From: Pachysolen tannophilus NRRL Y-2460
Taxonomy: Eukaryota
Length of the DNA stretch: 64,000 nucleotides
Direction of reading: 5' to 3'
Assembly (NCBI GenBank): GCA_001661245.1
Contig: KV454011.1
Span: 1,390,724-1,454,723 of the forward strand
In this document: positions 10,886 through 21,777 of the stretch, piece by piece
Layout: each line of letters begins with the position of its first letter
Position numbering within the stretch: the stretch's first letter is position 1
Made by a program: the position numbers and the translations under genes
Notes under the pieces: model-generated
The model's database searches: none
What the model was told of the DNA's origin: nothing
Seen by the model: only the letters and a program-made list of their open reading frames with translations

Positions 10886-10901
10886 TTTCCTAATCGGGAA
10901 A
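10886..10901. promoter_or_regulatory. Mcm1-like site TTTCCTAATCGGGAAA in the RP promoter
   Basis: Fits the TTTCC-N6-GGAAA MADS-box consensus. Confidence 0.55.
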
Positions 10902-11161
10902 CTCCTTTGTCTTGTACCAAAACACAAAAAGTAGTGTGTTTTAATTCCAACTTTTTTTTTGTTTTTTTTTCGTTTTTTTTTACAAAAAAAAAACGAAAAT
11001 TTTTAAAAGGAAAAAAAAAAAACCAAGAAGAAGAACAAGAAGACAAAGAAAGAAAAATTATTATTATTATTAATATTAATATTAACCATTTATATATACA
11101 AAAAAATTAAAGAAATTTTTTTTATTTTTTTTAATAAATTCAGTTTTTGTTAATATAGAAT

Positions 11162-11593
11162 ATGTCAGCTGTTCCAAGTGTTCAAACTTTTGGTAAGAAG
11201 AAGACTGCTACTGCAGTTGCCCATGTTAAAGCAGGTAAAGGTTTAATTAAAGTTAACGGTTCTCCAATTACTTTAGTTCAACCAGAAATTTTGAGACATA
11301 AAGTTTATGAACCTTTATTATTAGTTGGTTTAGATAAATTTGCCAACATCGATATTAGAATCAAAGTTTCAGGTGGTGGTCATGTTTCTCAAGTTTATGC
11401 TATTAGACAAGCAATTGCTAAAGGTTTAATTGCTTATACACAAAAATATGTTGATGAATCAACTAAAAATGAGTTAAAGAAAATTTTCCAATCTTATGAT
11501 AGAACTTTATTAATTGCTGATTCTAGAAGAATGGAACCAAAGAAATTTGGTGGTCGTGGTGCTCGTGCTAGATTCCAAAAATCATACCGTTAA
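11162..11593 (+). CDS. RPS16: 40S ribosomal protein S16 (uS9), intronless
   Basis: [15 protein letters not shown]...[17 protein letters not shown]. Confidence 0.99.
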   Translation: MSAVPSVQTFGKKKTATAVAHVKAGKGLIKVNGSPITLVQPEILRHKVYEPLLLVGLDKFANIDIRIKVSGGGHVSQVYAIRQAIAKGLIAYTQKYVDESTKNELKKIFQSYDRTLLIADSRRMEPKKFGGRGARARFQKSYR

Positions 11594-11931
11594 GGGGAAA
11601 AAAGAAAGAAAGGAAGAAGAAGGGAAAAAAAACAGATTTTGGAAATCATCATTACTTATATCATTATTATCAAAATATTATTTGAGTTGTATGTAGTAGT
11701 AATAATAATAGTAGGTAATTGTTACTTAGAAGAAGAAGAAGAAGAAGTGATCAATATATATTAAAATAAAAAAAAATTAAAGATTTAAAAATTAACCATT
11801 TACATTCGCGTAGAAATTATCTAATTTGGTGGTATATTATCTACTAGTATTTTTTTAACAGTAAAAAATATATATGGTGGAAAATGTATAAAAATAATTT
11901 TATTCAATTAAAATACAATATACATAAATCT

Positions 11932-12264
11932 CTAATCGAATAAACCGAATCCCATATCGTCATCTGATTCTTCTTTAGCAGCCTCTTCCTTTTCTTCTTC
12001 AGCTTCAGCAGCAGCCTCACCAGCAGCAGCACCACCAGTTGCACCTGAAGCAGCAACAGAAGCTGGACCACTTGAAAAATTAAAGAAAAAATCCTTCAAG
12101 TTCTTACCTTCTAAAGCTTTAGCATAGATATCAGCCCAAATCTTGTCTGCACCAACTTCAGCATTTGAAAGTAAAGTCATCAACTTATCCGAAGTGATTT
12201 CAATTTCGGAATCAGCTAAAATTAAAGCTGCGTATGATAATGATTGTTCTGTTGTAGCTGACAT
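11932..12264 (-). CDS. RPP1A: 60S acidic ribosomal stalk protein P1
   Basis: [16 protein letters not shown] and C-terminal [13 protein letters not shown]. Confidence 0.95.
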   Translation of the reverse strand: MSATTEQSLSYAALILADSEIEITSDKLMTLLSNAEVGADKIWADIYAKALEGKNLKDFFFNFSSGPASVAASGATGGAAAGEAAAEAEEEKEEAAKEESDDDMGFGLFD

Positions 12265-12552
12265 TTTTTTTTTTGTTTTTGGTCTTAGCTTAGTTTAATT
12301 AACTAGAGATAATCACGTTTAAGCAAGAGTAAAATATACTATTGCAGACTATTCTGAGGAACCAAAAAGAATAAAAGAAAAGAGAAAAAAAAAAAAAAAA
12401 AAAAAATTTAAAAAAAATTTAATAATAACGTTAAAAATATTACTATTACTATTGTTGATGGAAAAACTACTGGTGAAAAATTTAATGTCTATTTTTTTTT
12501 TTTTTCACCACCAAAAAACACAAAAAGTAGTGCGGAACATAAACAAAACATT

Positions 12553-12870
12553 NNNNNNNNNNNNNNNNNNNNNNNNNNNNNNNNNNNNNNNNNNNNNNNN
12601 NNNNNNNNNNNNNNNNNNNNNNNNNNNNNNNNNNNNNNNNNNNNNNNNNNNNNNNNNNNNNNNNNNNNNNNNNNNNNNNNNNNNNNNNNNNNNNNNNNNN
12701 NNNNNNNNNNNNNNNNNNNNNNNNNNNNNNNNNNNNNNNNNNNNNNNNNNNNNNNNNNNNNNNNNNNNNNNNNNNNNNNNNNNNNNNNNNNNNNNNNNNN
12801 NNNNNNNNNNNNNNNNNNNNNNNNNNNNNNNNNNNNNNNNNNNNNNNNNNNNNNNNNNNNNNNNNNNNNN
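12553..12870. other. Assembly gap (318 N)
   Basis: Run of n characters. Confidence 1.
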
Positions 12871-13687
12871 CTTTTTCCCTTTTTTTTTTTTTTTTTTTTT
12901 TCAGTTTAAAGAAATTAGGTCAAGCAGCCCTAATTCAAATTTATAATATTTATGGAAATTTTTCTTTTTTTTTAACTTTTTTGGATGGTTAGTAAATATT
13001 TACACGATAAAACAAATAGAGTGGGTTATTTTTTTTTTTTTTTTTTTTTTATTAGTTCTACGTTGTCTGCCAAAAATACCAAAAAAGTCAAATCGGGTGA
13101 GTAAAGAAACCAGAAAAAGGGCAAAAATTAGATTTTTTTATGACCTTTTTCTATGCGTGTGTTGTTGCCATGCAAAATAAATCATTGCATATTATTTTCC
13201 TCTTTAAGTAATATTCAGTTAAAAGAAGATGCATTTTTAAGAGTAAGGATTTACAAGGATGGAACACCGAGCAAGAGAATAAATAATATTACTACTACTC
13301 TACTAAAGTAACATAACTAGATATACTTACTTACTTACTACCAATTGAAGTAATAATAATTAACTGGATTAGCTAATAATATACTTAAAATCTCATTTTA
13401 TTATTTTATGAAACTGAACTCCAAAATGCTTACTCCACTTAACAATAAGAATTTGATGTGTTGTGATGTAACTGGACATAATATATTTTAAAAGTTGCTT
13501 ATTATCTTTAATAGTATTATTATTATCATTATATTTTTTTTTTTTTTGCAGATTATGAATATATAAACTAAGTAGAAATTTTTTCTTTCTTTATTTATTT
13601 ATTTATTTTCTTTTGATTTTTAGGTCTATGAACTCAATTGATTGGATTTAGAATTGGCATTTAAAAGGTTTCTTGGTTGTTCTCTTA

Positions 13688-15745
13688 ATGTCGTTTAATG
13701 ATAAAGATGAGGTAGCTAGTGCAGGAGCACTGGCGGAAGAGCCCGCCGAAGTCACTACGGGAGCCACTACGGGAGCCGCAGCAGAGGCGGAAGGAAGTAC
13801 AACAGGAACCACAACAGGAACCACAACAGGAGATGTAGCGGCTGGAGATGTATCTGGTACGGGTTTTTTCGAAAATAATTCCAAGTTATCATCAGAAGAT
13901 GCTTTTAATGATAATGAAAAATTGGCAAATGAAGATGAAGAATATGATGGTGAACAATCTCCTTATGAACAAATAGATCAAGATAATATTTTAGCACAAT
14001 ATTCTGAAGATCAAGCTATAAGTATGGGGAAAAATTATGCTAGAAAAAATGAATTGGATCAAAATTTATTTGGTAAAGCTGCAGCTGTTGCAAGAAATCC
14101 AGTTGGATTCAATAGAATGAATTTCTTATCTCAACAAGAAAAGGAAGCATTAAATTTTGAACAAGAACATCCAAATAGATTACCTTTCCAGATGTGGTAT
14201 TTGATTGTAGTATGTTCAATGGGAGCTGCAGTACAAGGTATGGATGAATCAGTTATTAATGGTGCAGATTTATTTTGGCCAACTGTCTTTGGTATTGGAT
14301 CAGATTCAGAAAGAGATACATGGTTAGAAGGTTTAGTAAATTCAGCACCTTATTTGGCATGTTCATGTATTAGTTGTTGGTTAACTGATCCTTTAAATAA
14401 ATTATTAGGTAGAAAATGGACAATTTTTATTAGTTGTGGTGTTTCTGCATTAGCTTGTTTTTGGCAAGGTTTTGTAAATACATGGTGGCATTTATTTATT
14501 GCTCGTTTTTTTTTAGGTTTTGGTATAGGTCCAAAAAGTGCAACAATTCCTGTATATGCTGCTGAATGTTCTCCTGCTAGAATAAGAGGAAGTTTAGTGA
14601 TGATGTGGCAAACTTGGACTGCTTTTGGTATAATGTTTGGTTATGTAATGACTTTAGCCTTTTATTATGTTCCATCAAGAGGAATTGGTGAAGGCTTAAA
14701 TTGGAGATTAATCTTGGCAAGTGCAATGTTACCAGCAGTAATTTGTTGTGCACAAATTTGGCAATGCCCAGAATCTCCAAGATGGTTAATGGGTAGAGAT
14801 AGACATCTGGATGCTTTTAATTCTTTAAAAGTCTTGAGAAATCATGAATTAATAGCAGCAAGAGATTGTTTTTATCAATACCTTTTATTCTTGGAAGAAG
14901 AATCTTATGGAATGTCTTATTTACAAAAATGTAAAGATTTATTTATTGTTAGAAGAAATAGAAATGCTACTTTTGCTTCATGGATCTTGATGTTTATGCA
15001 ACAATTTTGTGGAATAAACGTTATAGCATATTATTCTTCATCAATCTTTGTTAAATCTGGATTTTCTGTTATAAGTGCAATGATTGCATCTTGGGGTTAT
15101 GGTATGATTTCATTTGTATTTGTTATACCTGCCCTTTTAACAATTGATAGTTTTGGTCGTCGTAATCTATTATTATTTGCTTTCCCATTAATGTCTGGTT
15201 TCTTATTAATGACTGGTTTTGCATTTTGGATCCCAGATGATCATGAACATGCAAAAGTTGGTGTCATATGCTTAGGTATATATTTATTTGCTATCGTATA
15301 TGCTTCTTCAGAAGGCCCTGTCCCATTCACTTATTCAGCTGAATGTCATCAATTGGCTGTTCGTGATGTGGGAATGTCATTTGCTACAGCAACTTGTTGG
15401 TTTTTCAATTTTATCTTATCCTTAACTTGGCCAGCAATGTTAGAAGCATTCAGTGCTCAAGGTGCATTTGGTTGGTACGCTGCATGGAATCTGATTGGCT
15501 TCTTCTTGGTCTTGTGGTTTGTACCTGAAACAAAAAATCTTACCTTGGAAGAATTAGATGATGTCTTTTCTGTTAATACTTATTCCCATGCAATGTATCA
15601 AACTAGAAAACTTTTATACAATTTCAAAGTTCATATATTGAGAAAGACAAACGTAGAAACATTGCCGCCACTATATAAACAACACAGAATGGCTGTCACA
15701 AATGCCACTTGGGAAGATAAAGGAGATGTTGAATACATTGAATGA
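13688..15745 (+). CDS. MFS sugar porter, polyol/myo-inositol/arabinose-transporter-like
   Basis: MGAAVQGMDESVING, LGRK, PESPRWL, QQFCGINVIAYY, FGRR, PETK motifs and about 12 TM segments; ATG at 13688; N-terminal 12-bp tandem repeats (TTGA/TTGT). Confidence 0.92.
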   Translation: MSFNDKDEVASAGALAEEPAEVTTGATTGAAAEAEGSTTGTTTGTTTGDVAAGDVSGTGFFENNSKLSSEDAFNDNEKLANEDEEYDGEQSPYEQIDQDNILAQYSEDQAISMGKNYARKNELDQNLFGKAAAVARNPVGFNRMNFLSQQEKEALNFEQEHPNRLPFQMWYLIVVCSMGAAVQGMDESVINGADLFWPTVFGIGSDSERDTWLEGLVNSAPYLACSCISCWLTDPLNKLLGRKWTIFISCGVSALACFWQGFVNTWWHLFIARFFLGFGIGPKSATIPVYAAECSPARIRGSLVMMWQTWTAFGIMFGYVMTLAFYYVPSRGIGEGLNWRLILASAMLPAVICCAQIWQCPESPRWLMGRDRHLDAFNSLKVLRNHELIAARDCFYQYLLFLEEESYGMSYLQKCKDLFIVRRNRNATFASWILMFMQQFCGINVIAYYSSSIFVKSGFSVISAMIASWGYGMISFVFVIPALLTIDSFGRRNLLLFAFPLMSGFLLMTGFAFWIPDDHEHAKVGVICLGIYLFAIVYASSEGPVPFTYSAECHQLAVRDVGMSFATATCWFFNFILSLTWPAMLEAFSAQGAFGWYAAWNLIGFFLVLWFVPETKNLTLEELDDVFSVNTYSHAMYQTRKLLYNFKVHILRKTNVETLPPLYKQHRMAVTNATWEDKGDVEYIE

Positions 15746-15899
15746 ATTATATATATATACACTAATTTTAACTATATATAGATGATATCTTTTAAAATAA
15801 CAATTAATATTAAATTAAGTATATATATATATATATAAATATTGGAAAATTCAAAACTTACTCCATGTTTAGATACTATTCTTGATTTATTTTAAGTTT

Positions 15900-17252
15900 T
15901 CAATGTAAACCGCTTAACCTTGAGTTGTTTAAATGAACATTAATATCCAACGTATCTGTATCTTCTTCAATGTTTCTCATTCTTGAATTTTGACTCCGAA
16001 CTTCTTTACCAATGGTATTTGCCATCTGTTTTAAAGATGAAGCATGTTGACTGATAGTATGTAAATTATTTCCAATTTCTAATTCCATTTCGTCGTCTTC
16101 TTCATCATTTTCAAACTGATACCTTTTAGCATCTGCCAAGATTTTTTGATTATTATACTTGTTATATAATGCTGTATTATCTGAATTTGTTGTCCTTAAT
16201 CCATCAATAACTCTTCTTTCTGAAGAAAACATAGTGGCTCTTTGCTTATCCTGTAATAATTTTTCATTTAAACGTTGTGTTTTAATTTTTTCCTCTTTAT
16301 CTCTTAATCTCCTTTTCGATGTAAAAGGATTTGGAGCATGTACAGCAAATAATGATCTATTTAACCTTGCTAGTTCCTTAACCTTATCATCGGCAATCTT
16401 ATTTTGAGTCTCTGCAAGCGCCAAGTTTCTTTCAATGTTATATAATCTTTCACTTTGTGAACCCAACATTCCAAGTGTATTTTGGCCCGATACAGTTGCT
16501 TCTTGTGCCATACGCATAGTATTCCTTGTTGACGCAACAGATTGTTGTTTTGTAAACCTAATATCACGCTTTATCTCATCCACAGCCTCATCTTCTTCTC
16601 GCTGCTGCCTTATTGCTTCTTGTTCTTGAGGGCTTAACGTATTAAACTGTTGATGATAATCACCATACGGGACTTCATTTAAATCTTCTTCTTCATCTTC
16701 TACACCTTGTCTTCTTTCATCCTGTAACATACCAACCTGTGATTCGCTATAGCCATATGTAGAATTATTGTAAGCATTATCCTGTTGCTCTTGTAATAGT
16801 TGCTGTTGCTGTTGTTGTTGCAAATACCCTCCTCTGTTCCGATCAGTTTGACTAGTCTGATTTGTATCAAACCTACTCAAAGTATTATTTCCAGCAGTGT
16901 ATGGACTTTCTTGATATCCACCACCTCGTGAACTAAGAATATCACTATCACTTTTAAAATGGTTTGCAGAGTACACGTCGTTCTGTCCATCTCTATTATT
17001 TAAATCATTATAAGAACGATTATACCCATTATTTGCATAAAGATTACCATCATTCAACCCATCAGCAGTCCTCGGTAAGAACTGAGGTCTGTTTTCATTC
17101 TTTTTCATAGCATAATCCCTAAACGCATTAAACTTATCAGTTCTTCTTCTTTGTGGCTTCACCGCAAGACCCAGATCCATCAACTCTTCCCTATTCTGCA
17201 ACAGAGTTGGCTCCTCTTCTGGCTTTATCTTAAATAACTTTTTAATCCCCAT
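15900..17252 (-). CDS. SEC9: Plasma-membrane t-SNARE Sec9 (SNAP-25-like)
   Basis: MGIKKLFKIK start and two SNARE motifs (IRFTKQQSVASTRNT...GSQSERL; EDDEMELEI...QNSRM). Confidence 0.93.
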   Translation of the reverse strand: MGIKKLFKIKPEEEPTLLQNREELMDLGLAVKPQRRRTDKFNAFRDYAMKKNENRPQFLPRTADGLNDGNLYANNGYNRSYNDLNNRDGQNDVYSANHFKSDSDILSSRGGGYQESPYTAGNNTLSRFDTNQTSQTDRNRGGYLQQQQQQQLLQEQQDNAYNNSTYGYSESQVGMLQDERRQGVEDEEEDLNEVPYGDYHQQFNTLSPQEQEAIRQQREEDEAVDEIKRDIRFTKQQSVASTRNTMRMAQEATVSGQNTLGMLGSQSERLYNIERNLALAETQNKIADDKVKELARLNRSLFAVHAPNPFTSKRRLRDKEEKIKTQRLNEKLLQDKQRATMFSSERRVIDGLRTTNSDNTALYNKYNNQKILADAKRYQFENDEEDDEMELEIGNNLHTISQHASSLKQMANTIGKEVRSQNSRMRNIEEDTDTLDINVHLNNSRLSGLH

Positions 17253-17594
17253 TTTCAAATACAAATCCTATCCCTATATCTCTCTATCACTTTTCTATTC
17301 CAAGAGATCAAAGGAAAATAAATAATTAAATAAATAATTAAATTAAATGAATGAATAAATCAAACTTTGGGTTTAAAAAAAAAAAAAAGAAAAAAAGAAA
17401 TTCTGTTTAAAAATAAAAACTTCACGTATTCCTAGATGAGACGTTAAACGCGAAAAAATACAACAGTGCCACGAAGAGACTAGGTGACTAGGAGACTAAA
17501 TGACTAAGATAAGATGATATGGAAATAGTTGAAGGTCTAGATTCTATAGGTTTGTAGTTATATTATACTCTATATACTTGTTGTTGTTGTTGTA

Positions 17595-20500
17595 TCATTG
17601 GTTTTTGTCATCAAATTGTTGTTTATATAGTTTTGAGCATCCATAATGTACAACTGTACCATCTGGGAACCAACTTAATACGCTATAACCAAGTTTTTTT
17701 TTACACATTGAACATTTTGAAGTTTCAGTAATGATTATGCTTTCATTTTTAGTTAGACTACGAGTGAGTTTTAGCTTTGTATTTGAAAGTTTTAATGAGT
17801 TTCCGTTAATTATTGATCTGTTCAATTCTTTTGTGAGTTGATTTAAATTTAGTTTTAAAAAATTGGAAATTTGTGAAATAGGAATTTTTCTCTTTGCATT
17901 TGATAATTTTGTTAAAAGTTCTAAAAAATCTAGACATAACCCACTTGGAGATGATAATATCTCTAAAGCTTTGTTGAAATATAAATCTTCTTTTGCATTA
18001 TCTACTGATGGTAGAGGATCAAGATATTTTGACAAGAGTAAACTTAACAACTTATTACCCAATTTTTCATTTTGTTCAGGTTTTTCATAAAATTTCAAAC
18101 AATAATTTAAAGCCATATCGTATTCACCACATTCATAAATTAAAATATTGAAAACTTCATCATGACGGCTTAATTTGCTCAATACAGAAGTTTTCATGAT
18201 TAAATAATTTTGTTTACCATCAATCAATTTTAAGATTTTGGTAAAATCATAATAATTTGAAATTTGTAAAAACTTTTCCAACTTGTCCCAGATTTCTTTA
18301 TCATTCTTATTAAGCTCCAAATGTTTCAAATATAATTCTGCTAACTTTGTATGGAATTTTGTTGTTTGATCATTTAATTCATCAATTATATGTTCTAAAT
18401 AAGTTTCAATCAAATCAAGTTTATTCAATTCATTGGAAATATTCTTTAAATTTTCTAAAAATTCCAAAACTCTGAACTTATCTAAGGATTCAGACTCTAT
18501 AGAATCATTTATAAAAATCTCTTTGCCATAGTTGTAGTCAACTTCAATCGGCCACTGGATATATTCAAAGATTAATCCAATATCATTATTATTCAATTTT
18601 TGTAAATATTGTACTGTAGCAATGGGTCCTTCAAAAACATTACCATTATTTTGTTCAGAACTCAAACGTTTTAATAATTTCAAAGATTTTTCATGTAAAT
18701 TCTTGCCGTGATAAAAATCAATTAATTCCTTGTACATTTGATTTCTAGTTAAATTTTTTTCCACTGTAGAGATATCACAATAATTATTAACCCTTAATAA
18801 AGGCCCAATTAATCCAGGACTAGAGATCAAATAACACCGGAAAAGAACAGTATCAACTTGTTCAGCTAGTTTCAATAAAGTCTTATCTATGTTTTGGTTC
18901 TGGTCTTGGTCCTGTTCTGATTCATGCTGATGCTCATGTTGATGTTTTAACGGTATATAAAGCCTCTTGGAAATTGTAATACCTTTCCATTCAAATTTTG
19001 AAGAATCTGGACTTAATAATTTACTCAATTTCCTTCTAGCATCAGCTAGGTATGGAATTAAACTTCTAACAGACTCAATCAATTTTTGTCTTTCCACAAT
19101 TTTTTTACCATTATTTTCTGATACTGTAGATGTTTCCGCCGTTGTCGGTGAATATCTCCCAGAAATAGGAGATGGTAAAGTCATATCACCAAATGCGTCA
19201 TTCTCATTAAAGATATTAATATCTTCTAAATTTATTAGCAATGCATCATTGTTATTGTTATTATTACTATCATCGTTATCATTATCGTCATTATTACTTG
19301 AAATACCTTTCACTATTGGCGGGAATAAAGATATCACAATATCAGGCGGTGCCATAAATGAAATAAATAAATACATTGCCTGCTCATATTTTTTATTATG
19401 AAATAAAATCTCAGCATATCTTATTTGATATTCTCTCAATTTTAAAAACTTTTCATCTTTTTCCGTCAAATCTTCATCAAATTCTCTTTTAAATAACTTT
19501 GAAGGTAATTTTTCAACTAATGATATAGCTTCATCAATCTTGTTAATTTTTTCAAATTGATCTAATTGAGAATCATATGTCACCTGAGAAAATGAATGTA
19601 TCTTGCCATCATCTGTTATTATAATTAAATAGTTGCCCTCTATCAAGACAAAGTCTTTAATATTTGATCGTATTGCAATACTTTGAATTAAATTCCCATT
19701 TTCAAGATTTCTAATTTCCAAAATTTCATTGCCATAGCTTAAAACTAAATATGGAAACCAGTATTTTATAATATCAGGTTTTTTCAACCAAAGTAAAGGG
19801 TTTTTCCTATTAAAATTCTTCATAGAAATCAGTTTTTTCCTCCCATGATTATAATTTATATATTCACCATTATCATTAATTTTCAAACCAACTGATTCTT
19901 TTGAAATTATATTTATATGAGGCAAAGTTTTCAACAATGAAATTTTCACTGAATTACTTTTATTGAAATAACTGAATGAAGTAGAATTCACTACGGAAGT
20001 TGTGAAAAAGGGCAATTTCTTAATGAATCTTTCATCTTCTTCATAAAGGTTTAACAAATAAAAATTGTTGTCAATTGTAACAATTAATAAAAGTTCTGTA
20101 GATAAAAATGATAAGTTTTTAACCTTATCATTTAAATTATATTCAATTTTAGAATTGAATTCATTTTTCACAAAAGAATAAACCATCAATTTTCTTTTAA
20201 AAGCAATGCATAAATATGATCTATAATCGTTAATCTTAACTTCTTCTTTAGTAGTATGATTATTCAAATTGAATTCACTATTCACTGCAGCCAATGAAAC
20301 GGTATCGCTATAATCTTCATCGCTATTTTCGTATATATAGGACTCATCAAGATTAGTATCCAATCCATTTTCAATGATATTAGAATAAGACTTGACAAGA
20401 TTAGCATGTTTAAATTTCACCAACTTCTCTTCCAAGGTGAAATCATCCAATTTGAAAATACTGACCAAGCCATTGGACAATATAACTAAGAAATTCATAT

Positions 20501-20825
20501 CTGGAAGTATTTCCAACTGATCAATTGGTTTATCAACAATTTTATTTACTTCTTTTTTAAACTTGTAAAAATTTGAACCTTGGCTAAAATCATAATCTTC
20601 AAATATATCAGTACCTGCCACATTTCTATCAACCTTCTTACTGCTATGGTCATTGGGTGTTTTGGAAACTTGATTTAAACCGTAATCATCCTTAATATCG
20701 TACACCATCAAAGAACCATCATTCAAACCAAAGAACAATTGAGTACCATAAACAGCTGATGCAGTTATCGACCTTTTGTTATTCAAAACTAATAGCGCTA
20801 TGGGCAGAACTATTTGGATCGACAT
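17595..20825 (-). CDS. VAM6: HOPS subunit Vam6/Vps39
   Basis: N-terminal CNH-like region, VDTVLFRCY...GPLLRVNNYCD, ELIDFYHGKNLHEKSL, C-terminal CxxC...VHYGC. Confidence 0.9.
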   Translation of the reverse strand: MSIQIVLPIALLVLNNKRSITASAVYGTQLFFGLNDGSLMVYDIKDDYGLNQVSKTPNDHSSKKVDRNVAGTDIFEDYDFSQGSNFYKFKKEVNKIVDKPIDQLEILPDMNFLVILSNGLVSIFKLDDFTLEEKLVKFKHANLVKSYSNIIENGLDTNLDESYIYENSDEDYSDTVSLAAVNSEFNLNNHTTKEEVKINDYRSYLCIAFKRKLMVYSFVKNEFNSKIEYNLNDKVKNLSFLSTELLLIVTIDNNFYLLNLYEEDERFIKKLPFFTTSVVNSTSFSYFNKSNSVKISLLKTLPHINIISKESVGLKINDNGEYINYNHGRKKLISMKNFNRKNPLLWLKKPDIIKYWFPYLVLSYGNEILEIRNLENGNLIQSIAIRSNIKDFVLIEGNYLIIITDDGKIHSFSQVTYDSQLDQFEKINKIDEAISLVEKLPSKLFKREFDEDLTEKDEKFLKLREYQIRYAEILFHNKKYEQAMYLFISFMAPPDIVISLFPPIVKGISSNNDDNDNDDSNNNNNNDALLINLEDINIFNENDAFGDMTLPSPISGRYSPTTAETSTVSENNGKKIVERQKLIESVRSLIPYLADARRKLSKLLSPDSSKFEWKGITISKRLYIPLKHQHEHQHESEQDQDQNQNIDKTLLKLAEQVDTVLFRCYLISSPGLIGPLLRVNNYCDISTVEKNLTRNQMYKELIDFYHGKNLHEKSLKLLKRLSSEQNNGNVFEGPIATVQYLQKLNNNDIGLIFEYIQWPIEVDYNYGKEIFINDSIESESLDKFRVLEFLENLKNISNELNKLDLIETYLEHIIDELNDQTTKFHTKLAELYLKHLELNKNDKEIWDKLEKFLQISNYYDFTKILKLIDGKQNYLIMKTSVLSKLSRHDEVFNILIYECGEYDMALNYCLKFYEKPEQNEKLGNKLLSLLLSKYLDPLPSVDNAKEDLYFNKALEILSSPSGLCLDFLELLTKLSNAKRKIPISQISNFLKLNLNQLTKELNRSIINGNSLKLSNTKLKLTRSLTKNESIIITETSKCSMCKKKLGYSVLSWFPDGTVVHYGCSKLYKQQFDDKNQ

Positions 20826-20998
20826 TATCCCCCTTGGATATTATGATTTGTTCTATTTCTTTCTTCTTTGTATTTAATTTATAAAATTACTACTACAAAA
20901 AATAAATATAAAAATTAAAAATTAAAACAAAACATGAGTATAAACATGGTTGACTAATTAAATTGAAATAAATTTGAGGTAATAACTAACGTTTGAAA

Positions 20999-21409
20999 AT
21001 GTCTAATAATACAAATAATAATAACAGTCACGGTGATAAGCAGCAGTATTTAAGTCTTGCTAACAGTTATTCCAATTACCTATATAAAAATTTGAATAAA
21101 TTGATTAACGAAACAGATATTGATAACGAATTATTGAGCAAGATTAATCAAATTCATAAAGATGATGACAAGATAATGAAGCAGCATAATAACTTAAAAA
21201 TTCTAAATGATAAGTTGGAGAAAGCAATGGAAAAGCTAGATGCAAATTTGAACAATGCTAAGAACTATTTAATCAGAAATAAGCTCATTTCAATTGAAAA
21301 TGGAGGTAACGTTGTTAATGATAATTTACAATTAAAATCAGAGTTGATAGATCAGAACATAAGAATTTTGGAAAATTGCGTTAAATTAATCAAGAAGGAA
21401 AACAAATAG
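20999..21409 (+). CDS. Small coiled-coil protein, probable BLOC-1 subunit Bls1
   Basis: 136-aa coiled coil ending ELIDQNIRILENCVKLI, which resembles yeast Bls1 C-termini (recalled, not aligned). Confidence 0.5.
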   Translation: MSNNTNNNNSHGDKQQYLSLANSYSNYLYKNLNKLINETDIDNELLSKINQIHKDDDKIMKQHNNLKILNDKLEKAMEKLDANLNNAKNYLIRNKLISIENGGNVVNDNLQLKSELIDQNIRILENCVKLIKKENK

Positions 21410-21777
21410 ACTCTAGTGTGAATTTTTACGCTTGCAATCTATCATAATAAAAAAGTTTGCTACATTATCCTTTACAAAGAAAGGAGGGAAAGTTTTTTCA
21501 ATAAAAAGAATATGAAATTGAAGCATTGAGAACATTTAAATGTCATAAAGTATCTATAATTGTCTAATATTTTCAAGCAAAATATGCAAACCACAGAAGA
21601 GAAAGGAAATGTGGGAAAAACAAAACAAAAAACCGTATCATATCGTTAATCATAATTGAAATATTTAAAGCTTGTGATATCAAAAAAAAGAAAGAAAATA
21701 AAAAAGATATTGAACGCATAAAACTTATTTTTTTTTTCTCTATTCCCCTAATTGTTGTTTTGTGCTTTTTTTTTTTT

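Noticed and set aside
10695..11110. Lys/Phe-rich ORFs between RPL13 and RPS16
   Set aside because: Translations of poly-A/T promoter tracts with non-ATG starts.
12452..12946. 164-aa ORF spanning Ns
   Set aside because: Open only because it crosses the assembly gap.
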